NCBI GenBank assembly: GCA_039811685.1
Contig: JBDHZC010000002.1
Span: 128,001-192,000, forward strand
DNA length: 64,000 nucleotides
Reading direction: 5' to 3'
Source of the DNA: Armatimonadota bacterium
GTDB taxonomy: Bacteria > Armatimonadota > UBA5829 > DSUL01
The notes beneath the pieces were generated by a model. The model was not told the DNA's origin. It was given only the letters and a program-made list of their open reading frames with translations, and made no database searches. The position numbers and the translations under genes were made by a program. Positions within the stretch are counted from its first letter, which is position 1, and each line of letters starts with the position of its first letter. This document shows positions 46,179 through 55,448 of this stretch, in pieces.

Positions 46179-47264
46179 TCACACCCTGCGCCGCATGGTC
46201 CGGGCCAGAGCCGCTAACGACAGCCCTACGCCGGTCATAACAATGGACACGGGCTCCGGAGTGGGAGTCAGGAGATAGTAATTTCCTTGCGGACTAGAGG
46301 CCACAAGCTGCCCTGCATTGTTGTAGGCAACTATCTCCCGTATGGGAGAACCGATGCCTTCGGTTATCAGTGAGGTAACGTCGCTCCAGCTACCGTTGTC
46401 CAGAATCCGGACGGAGCCGCCCGTCTGACCGTACTGCGCCCACACAACGGAACCAAATCCATTCATCAGCACGCGCCCCGCACTGTCGGAGATAGGCCGC
46501 GGCAGTTCGCCGATCACTTCCAACGCCCCAGCGCGCCACAGACCATATCCCGACCCGCTCACTGTCTGCCACTGAAGTAACACGCCTCCTGTATCGTCCA
46601 GCCCGAGCGGGTTGCAGGCAAATCCGACACCGGGGTTGCCAAGATCGGTTACGTGGCCGTTTGTCCAGAGAAAAGCGTGCTGTTGCGGGGAATCCGGGCT
46701 TCGCATGACACCAGCTACCTGCCCGGAGGAGTTCACGAGCCGGGCAGTGCTTGTTCCGTCAATGGAAGCTCCTATATCCACAACGCCATCTGGAGTCCAT
46801 GCTATGGCGCGGCTGAGTCCCGAAACAGTCGTGGACCCGACAATCATTGCGCAGTTGTTGATGCCGTACGCATGCGGCCAGCCTTCGGGGACGCTTAGAA
46901 GGGTGAGCCGACCGCTGTCCCACCTGAACGCTGACAGGTCTCCGGCCACAACGTTGCCGACAATCTGATTGCTGTCGTTCAACGCCTCCGGAAAAACCGT
47001 CCGCTGATCCTTCGGAAACTGGATGTCGCGAGCGACGCCGTCCTGCCACAAGAACGCGCGAAAGAGGTTTGCGTTTGGTGACCGCTGGACGCCAAGAACA
47101 GCGCCGTTGTTGTTCAACGCCGCGATCGAGCAGACATGGCCGAACTCCGGCACTATCTGAAGCGCACTGTAGCCCGTCGTTTCGCCCCTGCTCGGAGAGG
47201 AGTACAGTGCTTCAGCAATTCCAAGAATGGCAACAGCGATGAGCGCTGCTTGTCTTGTACCCAT
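46179..47264 (-). CDS. HAF-repeat extracellular protein with PEP-CTERM sorting signal
   Basis: Signal peptide; repeats N..GQ(I/V).G...(H/R)AFLW..G...DLG; C-terminal TPEP + TM + RRR. Confidence 0.88.
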   Translation of the reverse strand: MGTRQAALIAVAILGIAEALYSSPSRGETTGYSALQIVPEFGHVCSIAALNNNGAVLGVQRSPNANLFRAFLWQDGVARDIQFPKDQRTVFPEALNDSNQIVGNVVAGDLSAFRWDSGRLTLLSVPEGWPHAYGINNCAMIVGSTTVSGLSRAIAWTPDGVVDIGASIDGTSTARLVNSSGQVAGVMRSPDSPQQHAFLWTNGHVTDLGNPGVGFACNPLGLDDTGGVLLQWQTVSGSGYGLWRAGALEVIGELPRPISDSAGRVLMNGFGSVVWAQYGQTGGSVRILDNGSWSDVTSLITEGIGSPIREIVAYNNAGQLVASSPQGNYYLLTPTPEPVSIVMTGVGLSLAALARTMRRRV

Positions 47265-47433
47265 GGCTGGACTCCCGCGCGGATCCCAACTTCATTGTAG
47301 CACATCACTCGACTTAATACAGCGCCTTCGAAATAAGTCGCAGGAACGCTTGAGCACGCGGCGGGTGATGTGAGGGCGCTGCCTCATGCTACAATGCCAG
47401 CGAAAGCAGAATACTACAGGAGGTATCCACGGC

Positions 47434-48535
47434 GTGCTAATTACGGACGCCCCCCGCGAGATCAAAGAGCTGCGAATACGGCTCGAACAGATCGCGGACC
47501 ATCTTTGACGTCGAAAGCAAAGCTAACCGCATTCGAGAACTGGAGCAGATAAGCGCCCAGCCCGGATTTTGGGACAACCCGGATGAAGCCCAGAGTCTCA
47601 TGACTGAAATGTCCAGGCTCAAAGGCGTTGTTGATCCCTATGGGGATATTCGCCAGCGCATTGACGATCTGGAAGTGATGTCGGAACTGGTAGCGGAGTC
47701 GGATGAGGAGTCTGACCAGATAAGCCTACAGACCGAGTACCAGGCGTGCGTTGAAGCGCTCGAAGCCTTTGAGATGCAGACGTTTCTCTCGGGGCCGCAT
47801 GACGAATCTAACGCCATTGTGGAAATCAACTCAGGCGCGGGCGGGACAGAAAGCTGCGACTGGGCGGCGATGCTCTTGCGGATGTATCTGCGATGGGCGG
47901 AGCGTCGCGGCTTCCAGACGGAGATTCTGAGTGAGGTTGAGGGTGAAGTCGCGGGTATCAAGAACGCAACTTTCCTGGTAAAAGGGCCGCTGGCGTACGG
48001 ATATCTGAAGGTTGAGCGCGGTGTTCACCGGCTCGTGCGCATCTCTCCGTTTGACTCAAACGCCCGGAGGCACACCTCCTTTGCTTCAGTGGATGTGGTG
48101 CCGGAGATTACCGATGGGCCGGAGATTCAGATCAACCCGGACGATTTGCGCGTTGACACCTACAGGTCCAGCGGCGCTGGCGGACAGCACGTCAACAAGA
48201 CAGACTCAGCTGTGCGCATCACGCACATTCCGACGGGAATCGTTGTTAGCTGTCAAAATGAGCGAAGTCAGCACCAGAACCGCGAAGTGGCTATGCGTAT
48301 TCTTGCGTCTAAACTGTGGGAGGTGCAGAGGCAGGAAGAGGAGGCTCGTCTGGCGGAGTTGCGCGGTGAGCAGCGAAAAATCGAGTGGGGCAATCAAATA
48401 CGCTCCTACGTTTTCCAACCGTATCAAATGGTCAAGGACCTGCGAACGGACTTCGAAACCAGCGACGTTCAGGGAGTTATGGACGGCGAACTGGACGCTA
48501 TGATCGAAAGAGGATTGCGCGCGGGCATCCACTGA
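47434..48535 (+). CDS. prfB: Peptide chain release factor 2 with programmed +1 frameshift
   Basis: SD AGGAGG, GTG 47434, 24 codons ending in CTT TGA C (47503-47509). The +1 frame continues DVESKANRIRELEQ..FWDNP into ORF 47600, which carries SPF and GGQ. Confidence 0.96.
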
Positions 48536-48566
48536 AGTGTCAGACGCCTGCGCAAGAGGCATCAAC

Positions 48567-49226
48567 ATGAGGCTCTATAAAAAGTGCGTGGCTGTTGGGG
48601 TTGTGTTAAGCCTGGCTGCCGTGTGCCTGGGAGTTGCCCACGAGGCGCAGGGCGCTGACGATACCGTCTCTGGAAAGGGCTCCACGAGCGCAGAAACGGG
48701 ACTTGGCAATCTCGTTGCTGACGCTGTGCGTCAACTGGCCGATTGTCCGGTGGCGCTGCTTCCCGGCAGCAGTCTGCGGGAGTCCAACATCAAGCTCTCG
48801 GATCTGAATGCGCAGAGCGTCGCCGCGGCGCTAGTGGACCCGGACCAGCCTGTCGCGATCGTCTCTCTGACGGGAGCACAGCTGCGGGACGCTCTGGAGC
48901 GCTCCGTCTCTCTGGCTCCAAAGCCCAACACCGGCTTCTTACAGATTTCTGGAATCAGCTTCGGCTACAGCTTGAGCGCACCAGCCGGGAAGCGCGTCGC
49001 GGACATCCTCCTCGGGCGCAAGGCTGTGAAGGCTGGTGACGACATTCGCGTAGCGATGCCCTCAGAGTTGGCCAAGGGTGGATTTGGCTATTTTCGCGTC
49101 TGGGGCAATCTCAAGGCCGTCAACCCCAGTCCCGGAACTGTGGAAGATGCGATTGGCGCTTTTCTTGCTTCCAAACCGGACGCGGCGACTTTTCTTACCG
49201 GCGGGCGGATTCGCAGGCTCCCGTGA
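48567..49226 (+). CDS. Secreted 5'-nucleotidase C-terminal-domain-only protein
   Basis: Signal peptide, ETGLGNLVADA, LTGAQL..ALE, FLQISG.SF.Y, LA.GG.GY. No metallophosphoesterase domain. Confidence 0.8.
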   Translation: MRLYKKCVAVGVVLSLAAVCLGVAHEAQGADDTVSGKGSTSAETGLGNLVADAVRQLADCPVALLPGSSLRESNIKLSDLNAQSVAAALVDPDQPVAIVSLTGAQLRDALERSVSLAPKPNTGFLQISGISFGYSLSAPAGKRVADILLGRKAVKAGDDIRVAMPSELAKGGFGYFRVWGNLKAVNPSPGTVEDAIGAFLASKPDAATFLTGGRIRRLP

Positions 49227-49262
49227 CAACGTTTCTGACTGCATTTGACAGGCGCGGTGAGA

Positions 49263-50213
49263 ATGGGTTGTAGGGGCGCCTGGAAGCCGTTCCTGCTGCT
49301 CGTCGCGCTGAGCATTCTGCCAGTCGGTTGCGGCGGCAAGGTTCGGCCCGCTGCTTCGGCGCCGTCACCGACTTTTGAGTACAGCTTTGACGGGCAGCGG
49401 GCGCTTCAAGACATCAAGACGCAGTGCGCCTTCGGGCCGCGTGTCCCCGGACAACCCGGCCATGGGCAGTGCGCGAAGTGGATTCAGTCGCAGCTCCAGA
49501 AGACCGCCGATGAGGTGACGCTGCAGCGCTTTGAGCAGACGCTCGGCGGCAAGAGTGTCAACTTCACAAACATCATTGCGGTTTATGGAAGGCAGACTCC
49601 GCGCTCGTTGGCGCTGTGTGCTCACTGGGATACCCGGCCCTTTGCCGATCAGGAACTGGATGCGGACAAAGCCGCCAAACCCATACCCGGCGCAAACGAT
49701 GGCGCCTCTGGCGTTGCCGTCTTACTGGAGATGGGCCGGCTGTTCAAGCAGAAGCCGCCGCCGGACGGCGTGGTGATGGTGTTTTTCGACGGAGAGGACT
49801 ACGGAAAAACGTCTGCGGAGATGTTCATTGGTTCGCGCTATTTCGCAAAGCGCTGGAAGAGTGTCCTGCCGGTCAAACCCTGGCGTGGAATCCTGCTGGA
49901 TATGGTCGGCGCAGCCGACATCCGCATACCGCGAGAAGCCATGTCAGACTCGGCGGCTCCAGAGTTACTGGATGCTATCTATCAGCGCGCTCGGGACGCA
50001 AATCTGTCTCACGTCTTTCCGGACGAAGCTGGAAAACCGATTAATGACGATCACATCCCGTTGATTGAAGCTGGGATTCCCACTGTAGATCTCATCAGCT
50101 TTGAGTATGCATGGTGGCACACTCTGGAAGACACGCCGGACAAATGCAGTGCGTCGTCACTGAAAGCGGTGGGGGAGGTCGTTGCCCGGACCGTGTACGA
50201 CTCTCCGCGCTGA
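49263..50213 (+). CDS. M28-family peptidase / glutaminyl cyclase-like lipoprotein
   Basis: Lipobox PVGC; FGPRVPG, AHWDTR, GANDGASGVA, FDGED, LDMVG, DDH.P, WHT..D. Confidence 0.9.
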   Translation: MGCRGAWKPFLLLVALSILPVGCGGKVRPAASAPSPTFEYSFDGQRALQDIKTQCAFGPRVPGQPGHGQCAKWIQSQLQKTADEVTLQRFEQTLGGKSVNFTNIIAVYGRQTPRSLALCAHWDTRPFADQELDADKAAKPIPGANDGASGVAVLLEMGRLFKQKPPPDGVVMVFFDGEDYGKTSAEMFIGSRYFAKRWKSVLPVKPWRGILLDMVGAADIRIPREAMSDSAAPELLDAIYQRARDANLSHVFPDEAGKPINDDHIPLIEAGIPTVDLISFEYAWWHTLEDTPDKCSASSLKAVGEVVARTVYDSPR

Positions 50214-50233
50214 ACCAGACGAGAAGCGGAGCT

Positions 50234-50770
50234 TCAGCGCTCCTGCAAGTTCAGGCGAGCGGTAAAGAGCAGTGCGGCGACGGTCTTTACGTCGTGAATC
50301 TGGCCAGCAAGAGCCATCTCCAGCGCGCGCTCAAACGGCATCATCTCCACGCGTACATCCTCGTCCTCATCCTGCTGGCCCTGAGCGCTTCGCAGGTCCC
50401 GCGCCAGAAAGAAATGCATGCCCTCTGTGGAGTAACCTGGCGCAAGATAGGAGAAGAACATTCTCTCCAGAGAGCCCGCGGCCAGGTTCGTCTCCTCGGT
50501 CAACTCACGCGCCGCGCAGTCGCGAGGGTCCTCACCCTTGTTCAAGGTACCGGCTGGAATCTCAAGAAGCTCTGCTTCCACAGGCGCTCTGTACTGGCGG
50601 ACAAGCACGATTTGCGCGTCATCAGTAAGCGCGACAATACCGACAGCGCCGTTGTGCTCAATAATCTCCCGCTGAAACGCGCGGCCATCCGGCAGGCGCA
50701 CGCGGTCCAGCCGAAGGCTAATTACCCTGCCGTCATATATTCGCTCAGACTCTGGACTGCTGCAGATCAC
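50234..50770 (-). CDS. nudF: NUDIX hydrolase (ADP-ribose pyrophosphatase-like)
   Basis: VRQYR, EIPAG...E...CA.RELTEET Nudix box, I.DVKT. Confidence 0.85.
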   Translation of the reverse strand: MICSSPESERIYDGRVISLRLDRVRLPDGRAFQREIIEHNGAVGIVALTDDAQIVLVRQYRAPVEAELLEIPAGTLNKGEDPRDCAARELTEETNLAAGSLERMFFSYLAPGYSTEGMHFFLARDLRSAQGQQDEDEDVRVEMMPFERALEMALAGQIHDVKTVAALLFTARLNLQER

Positions 50771-50772
50771 CT

Positions 50773-51855
50773 CTACCCCCAGAACGTTTCCTTGAGCATC
50801 TCAGAAGCGCACCGGCCTGCAGCCGCAGCCGCCTGGAAGAACACGGGGTCCTCCGCGTAGCCGCGGCCCATACTGTTCATAGGCACACTGTGGGATTGCA
50901 GCAGCGCAATCCCCTCTGATCCATCAAAGCTGCGAATCTCGTGCTTTTCAAACAGTTTCAGTGCTGCCAGTTGTTTGTGAGCTTCCTCCCGGAGAGCATC
51001 TTCAAGCAATGGGAGCGCGACTATGGACGCGCTCAGAGCGACTTTCGAGAGCACAGTCAGCGTGTGGTGACTGATAAGGCAGTGGCGAGCTCTGGGGTCC
51101 GCTTCGCTCATCCGCACGCACATAATCGCACGGCCGCCAAGCGATCCGGAAGCATTGATGGCTCCACCGGCTTCAAGACCGGAAAAACCAAGCGCTGTGC
51201 CTGTTCCGACGTTGCCAGGCCCCTGGCAGACAATGGCAATATCTGCGCTCAGTCTGTGACGCGCAGCCGCAAGGGCGCTGTAAACATTGACAGCTTCACA
51301 CATGCCTCCAAAGGCCTGACCGCAGGTGACCGTCGCGTCCAGAAGCTGTTCCCTCAGCAGCGTGCGGACGAGGTTGGAAATGCCAATGGGCAGGGCAGCC
51401 CCGTCAGTCATAATGTAGGCAACGCGCGCATCGGGTGTACGTGCTTTTATAGCAGCAGCCACCGGAGCAATGTGGCTGTGGAGTTGCGCCGCCACTACCG
51501 GCATTCCGCCGAGGTCTGGGAGAGTCTCTGCATCATCCGATGACTGCTCTTCCTCAGTGAGGACAGAGTGCTGCATGGGCGTGTAGCGCAGTTTCACAAT
51601 GTGCCCTGCCCCTGCTGAAGATACGCTATTTGGCCGGGAGAGATTAGCGACGACAAAGTCATAGCCGCCTGTCCCCAGTCTCAGGGCGGCGGCAGTGGTA
51701 TTGATCAGGACTTCATCGCCCTCCCGGACTTCTCCACACAGCGAGCGGTACGCTATGGTGGAGCGCACTTCGCCCTCCACGTTCACATCCAGAAGGGTCG
51801 TCTCAGCGTCCAGAGTCTGCAGGCGCTGCACTGTCCCGACCTTGGTCTGAAGCAT
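50773..51855 (-). CDS. DUF3866-family protein
   Basis: NTTA..L.LGTGGY, GHIVKLRYTP.Q, YIMTDGAALP, GQAFGG..EAVN, GPG.VGTGT.LGFSG. Usual position between M20 peptidase and NUDIX genes. Confidence 0.88.
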   Translation of the reverse strand: MLQTKVGTVQRLQTLDAETTLLDVNVEGEVRSTIAYRSLCGEVREGDEVLINTTAAALRLGTGGYDFVVANLSRPNSVSSAGAGHIVKLRYTPMQHSVLTEEEQSSDDAETLPDLGGMPVVAAQLHSHIAPVAAAIKARTPDARVAYIMTDGAALPIGISNLVRTLLREQLLDATVTCGQAFGGMCEAVNVYSALAAARHRLSADIAIVCQGPGNVGTGTALGFSGLEAGGAINASGSLGGRAIMCVRMSEADPRARHCLISHHTLTVLSKVALSASIVALPLLEDALREEAHKQLAALKLFEKHEIRSFDGSEGIALLQSHSVPMNSMGRGYAEDPVFFQAAAAAGRCASEMLKETFWG

Positions 51856-51857
51856 CG

Positions 51858-52979
51858 CTACGCCTTACCGCTTGCGCGGACCAGAGCCCGGGCATACTGC
51901 GCACAGCGCACAAGGTCTGAAACGCTGATAAACTCCTCCGGCGTGTGTATTTTTTCATATCCGACGCCGACAACGGCAGTTGGGAGCCCCTTTGCGTTCA
52001 GAATGTTGCAGTCGCTGCCACCTCCGTGCGCCACCAGATCGGACTCCATACCGATGGAGCGGGCTGCGCGAAGCCCGAACTCCATCAATGGATCCGTCGC
52101 CGCGTGTTTGTAGCCGAGATACTCCCGTGTTACTTCGACAGTCACCTCGACACCGGTTTCCACAGCCGCATCCTCACAGGCTTTGCGCATCGCCGCCACC
52201 TGCTCATCCAGCTTTTTTGTGTCACGGCTTCTGGCCTCGGCGCGAAGCTCACAGCTTTCGGGAATGATGTTGCGCGCGCTGCCTCCCTGAACGATGCCGA
52301 CGTTGGCCGTTGTCTCCTCGTCAATTCTGCCCAGCTTCATAGCCGCTATAGCTCTGGCGGCAGCCTGGATGGCGCTGGCGCCCTCCTCCGGACAGACTCC
52401 CGCGTGAGCCGCGCGTCCGTGGAAGCGAATAACAATGTTATCGTGAGTCGGAGCAGAGGAGACGAGGTGACCCACGGGTTGACCCGAATCGAAAACGAAG
52501 CCCAGATCAGAGTTGATGGCGGACATGTCCAGCTCTTTGCTTCCGAGGAGTCCGATTTCCTCACAGATCAGAATCAGAATCTGAATCTGCCCGTGTGCCT
52601 CCTGGGATTCAACGACAGACTGCACGCCCTCGATAATCGCGGCAATACCCGCCTTGTCGTCAGCGCCCAGCACAGCGGCGCCTTCCTGTCGGATAATGCC
52701 GTCCTCCTGGAGAATGCGGATTCCTTCAGTTGGCTGAACCGTGTCCATGTGTGAGCAGAGCAGGATATCAACGCCGCCCTCACCGCAAGCGGGAAGAGTT
52801 GCGATGATATTGCCCACCTCTCCGCCCAGTGCACTGCCCGCGTTGTCCGTTACTACCGAGCAGCCAAGCTGCGTCAGCTTCTCCGCAATGACTCTGGAGA
52901 CGGCGCCCTCTTTCCGGGAAGGGCTGTTGATTTCGAGCAGGGAGAGAAAAGTATGCAGCAGACGTTCTTGATTAATCAT
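51858..52979 (-). CDS. M20 family peptidase (peptidase T-like)
   Basis: SHMDTV, LGADDKAG, EEIGL.G, HAG..PE.G, GGGSD.N, IHT.EE. Confidence 0.93.
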   Translation of the reverse strand: MINQERLLHTFLSLLEINSPSRKEGAVSRVIAEKLTQLGCSVVTDNAGSALGGEVGNIIATLPACGEGGVDILLCSHMDTVQPTEGIRILQEDGIIRQEGAAVLGADDKAGIAAIIEGVQSVVESQEAHGQIQILILICEEIGLLGSKELDMSAINSDLGFVFDSGQPVGHLVSSAPTHDNIVIRFHGRAAHAGVCPEEGASAIQAAARAIAAMKLGRIDEETTANVGIVQGGSARNIIPESCELRAEARSRDTKKLDEQVAAMRKACEDAAVETGVEVTVEVTREYLGYKHAATDPLMEFGLRAARSIGMESDLVAHGGGSDCNILNAKGLPTAVVGVGYEKIHTPEEFISVSDLVRCAQYARALVRASGKA

Positions 52980-52983
52980 AGCT

Positions 52984-54021
52984 TCAGCGAGTGATAGTGA
53001 CTTTCGTCAGCCCGCGCGGACGATCCGGATTGTAGCCTTTGTTAAGTGAGAGATAGTACGCAAACATCTGCGCAGGAATGATGTAGAACATAGGCGTCAT
53101 AAGCTCGTCTATTTTGTCCGGCATGCGAATCCCGATAGTGGCGCGGCGCAGCGCTTCATCGTTGTTTGAATAGACAACCGTCTCCGCGCGTTTCTGGGAC
53201 AGCGTCTGGATCATGTGAAGCACACTTGTATAAGCCTTGCCATCAGGCGCGAACAAAAAGCAGGTGAGGCCCTCGTGAACTACGGCAATGGGCCCATGCG
53301 CAAAATCCGCCACCGAATAGGGACGCGCTCCAACGTAGCTTGTCTCCTGAATCTTCAGGGCAGCTTCGTGCGCGGTGGCAAGATTGATCCCGCGCGCCAT
53401 GACGAAACACTCCTCCATGAAGCGATAACGCGGCGCTGTGTCCTGAATGAACTCTTCGCTCTCCATCACAGCGGCCATCGCATCCGGAACTCTTTGCAGC
53501 TCTTCCAGGAGACGCTCATTCTCAGCGTATTTCAGCGCAAAGAGATAGCACGCAGCCAGTGTCGCCGTATAAGTCTTGGTTGTAGCCACGCTCTTCTCTT
53601 CCCCCGCGTGGCAGCAGATTGTGTGCTCGCTGGCGCTGGCCAGCTCTGAGGAGACGTCGTTGGTGATAGCGACCGTCAACCCTCCCCAGGCGCGCGCCTG
53701 TGCGATGTACTCCACTACGTCGGGGGATTGGCCCGACTGCGAAATCCCGATCACCAGGCAGCGGGAGAAGTCGAGGCGGCTGTCGTAAAGAGTCAAGACC
53801 GACGGCGCTGCCAGCGCGACTGGAATCCCCATCATTATCTCAAAGAGATATTTGGAAACTGTCGCCGCATGGTCGGAAGTCCCACGCCCAACGATAACAA
53901 CACAGCTTATGTCCCGAGACTTCACAGTACGGCACAGTGACTCGATATTCTTCTGCTCATCTCGCAGGACCGCCTGAACAGCTTTGGGCTGCTCATGGAT
54001 CTCATCTATCATTGCAGGCAT
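52984..54021 (-). CDS. Double-SIS-domain amino-sugar-phosphate isomerase/deaminase (GlmS isomerase-like)
   Basis: EI.EQP, GRGTSDHA, ISQSGQSPD, EEKSVA.TKTY, EAALK..E, HGP, PD.PRGL.KVT. No glutaminase domain. Start ATG 54021. Confidence 0.9.
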   Translation of the reverse strand: MPAMIDEIHEQPKAVQAVLRDEQKNIESLCRTVKSRDISCVVIVGRGTSDHAATVSKYLFEIMMGIPVALAAPSVLTLYDSRLDFSRCLVIGISQSGQSPDVVEYIAQARAWGGLTVAITNDVSSELASASEHTICCHAGEEKSVATTKTYTATLAACYLFALKYAENERLLEELQRVPDAMAAVMESEEFIQDTAPRYRFMEECFVMARGINLATAHEAALKIQETSYVGARPYSVADFAHGPIAVVHEGLTCFLFAPDGKAYTSVLHMIQTLSQKRAETVVYSNNDEALRRATIGIRMPDKIDELMTPMFYIIPAQMFAYYLSLNKGYNPDRPRGLTKVTITR

Positions 54022-54112
54022 TTGGATTCCCCCTGTCCCCATGCAAACAACAGCAACGCGACTTTGCACACCGCAGACTCCAGGCTCTGAGGTGTCTTAC
54101 AAAAAGTATTTC

Positions 54113-55270
54113 TTATTGTGACTTAATATTATCAAGAACCAGCTTTCCGAGGGGACTGTCCGCCGCAACTCCGCAAATCTCCTCAAAAGCCCTTCTCACC
54201 CCTGCTTCCCTGATAAGAGACTGAATCCTGACCGCCGAAGGGTCTCCAGGCTCACAAAACTCTAGCCCAGCCGCAACAGCCTTTGCGACATAGACTGGCT
54301 CTACTCCCTGCTCCAGGCAGAACAGCGCCCCGCCCACGAGGCGGTCATCCCGGCCCAGCTTGCGCACAGGATCTGCGCCTACACGGGCAACCGTATCCGC
54401 CAGTTTTCGATTGCCAAAGCGCGAAAGCAAATCCTCAATATGCGCCTGATGCTCTTCGGAGTCCAGCCCGTAGCGCTTCACAAGCGCCTGCCCCGTTTCC
54501 TCCATAACAGCGCGCGTCAGACTGTGAACCTGCGCATCTTCCATACACTCCCAGATAAACTTGAAGCCTCTGCGGGCGCCAAAATAAGCGCTGGCAGCAT
54601 GTCCAGCATTGTGCGCATACAGCTTGCTGTCAACGTACGCCTGAAAATTGGCACGCGGCTGAACTCCGACGATGTCCGGAAGCTCACCCCGCAGCGCATC
54701 TGCGTCCACCGGCAGCTTCTTGTAAGCCTCAACTCGAATCCCAAGCGGGTCCAGCAGACGCTCTTCACCCGTTCGCACCGGTACCATCCGGCCGACAACC
54801 GCCTGCGTGAAGCCGATTCTCTCATCTACCCACTTGGCGGTCGCTCTATCCAGACTGTTCGACACAAGGCTCTTCAACGTCCCAGCAGCGTCCTGCATGT
54901 TTTCACAGACGATGATGTTCAGTGTGCCGTCCGGGCGAGCATTTCGCCTGAGCGTCAAGCCCCGGGCAATAGGAGCGGCTATGGAGGACAGAACATTGAC
55001 GCCAACAGCCGTCGCCGCCACTTCACACGCAACGACCTCCTGTGCGACGGCTTCAATGTCTCTCCCATTAACAGCCCGCACGTTGCGAATGGGAATGGTT
55101 TCCTCAGGCTCAGAAGCCACTGTGATTGAATATTGGTGCAGTTCATTCAGTTTTTCGACAATTTCCGGCGCCACGTCAACAAAGACAACCTCCAGTCCGG
55201 ACTCACTGAAAAGCTGTCCGGTAAAGCCCCGGCCGATATTGCCCGCTCCGAATTGCAGAGCCGTCTTCAA
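54113..55270 (-). CDS. mtlD: Mannitol-1-phosphate 5-dehydrogenase family
   Basis: FGAGNIGRGF, ATAVG, IIVCEN, V.RMVP, KLY.HNAGHA, RF.N..L.D.V.RVG.DP.RKL. Probable TTG start 55270. Confidence 0.88.
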   Translation of the reverse strand: MKTALQFGAGNIGRGFTGQLFSESGLEVVFVDVAPEIVEKLNELHQYSITVASEPEETIPIRNVRAVNGRDIEAVAQEVVACEVAATAVGVNVLSSIAAPIARGLTLRRNARPDGTLNIIVCENMQDAAGTLKSLVSNSLDRATAKWVDERIGFTQAVVGRMVPVRTGEERLLDPLGIRVEAYKKLPVDADALRGELPDIVGVQPRANFQAYVDSKLYAHNAGHAASAYFGARRGFKFIWECMEDAQVHSLTRAVMEETGQALVKRYGLDSEEHQAHIEDLLSRFGNRKLADTVARVGADPVRKLGRDDRLVGGALFCLEQGVEPVYVAKAVAAGLEFCEPGDPSAVRIQSLIREAGVRRAFEEICGVAADSPLGKLVLDNIKSQ

Positions 55271-55374
55271 CTGTCTGATGTCTTCCTGTTCACCGTGATC
55301 CTGCAGATTATACACCGCAAACTCTCAGCGTGGAGCAATCCGAGTTGATAACAGCCGCCCGGTGAAACTCAGAG

Positions 55375-55410
55375 CAAAACAAAGCGGCTGATCCGGTCAG
55401 ATCAGCCGCT
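55375..55410 (-). terminator. Intrinsic terminator after the GGDEF gene
   Basis: AGCGGCTGATC-N6-GATCAGCCGCT followed by TTGTTTT on the minus strand. Confidence 0.75.
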
Positions 55411-55448
55411 GCTCAGAAGTGTGTTTGCCGCAACCCGCAGAATCAGGC

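Noticed and set aside
47434..47600. prfB pseudogene or sequencing frameshift
   Set aside because: The break is the canonical CTT TGA C programmed site at the expected codon position.
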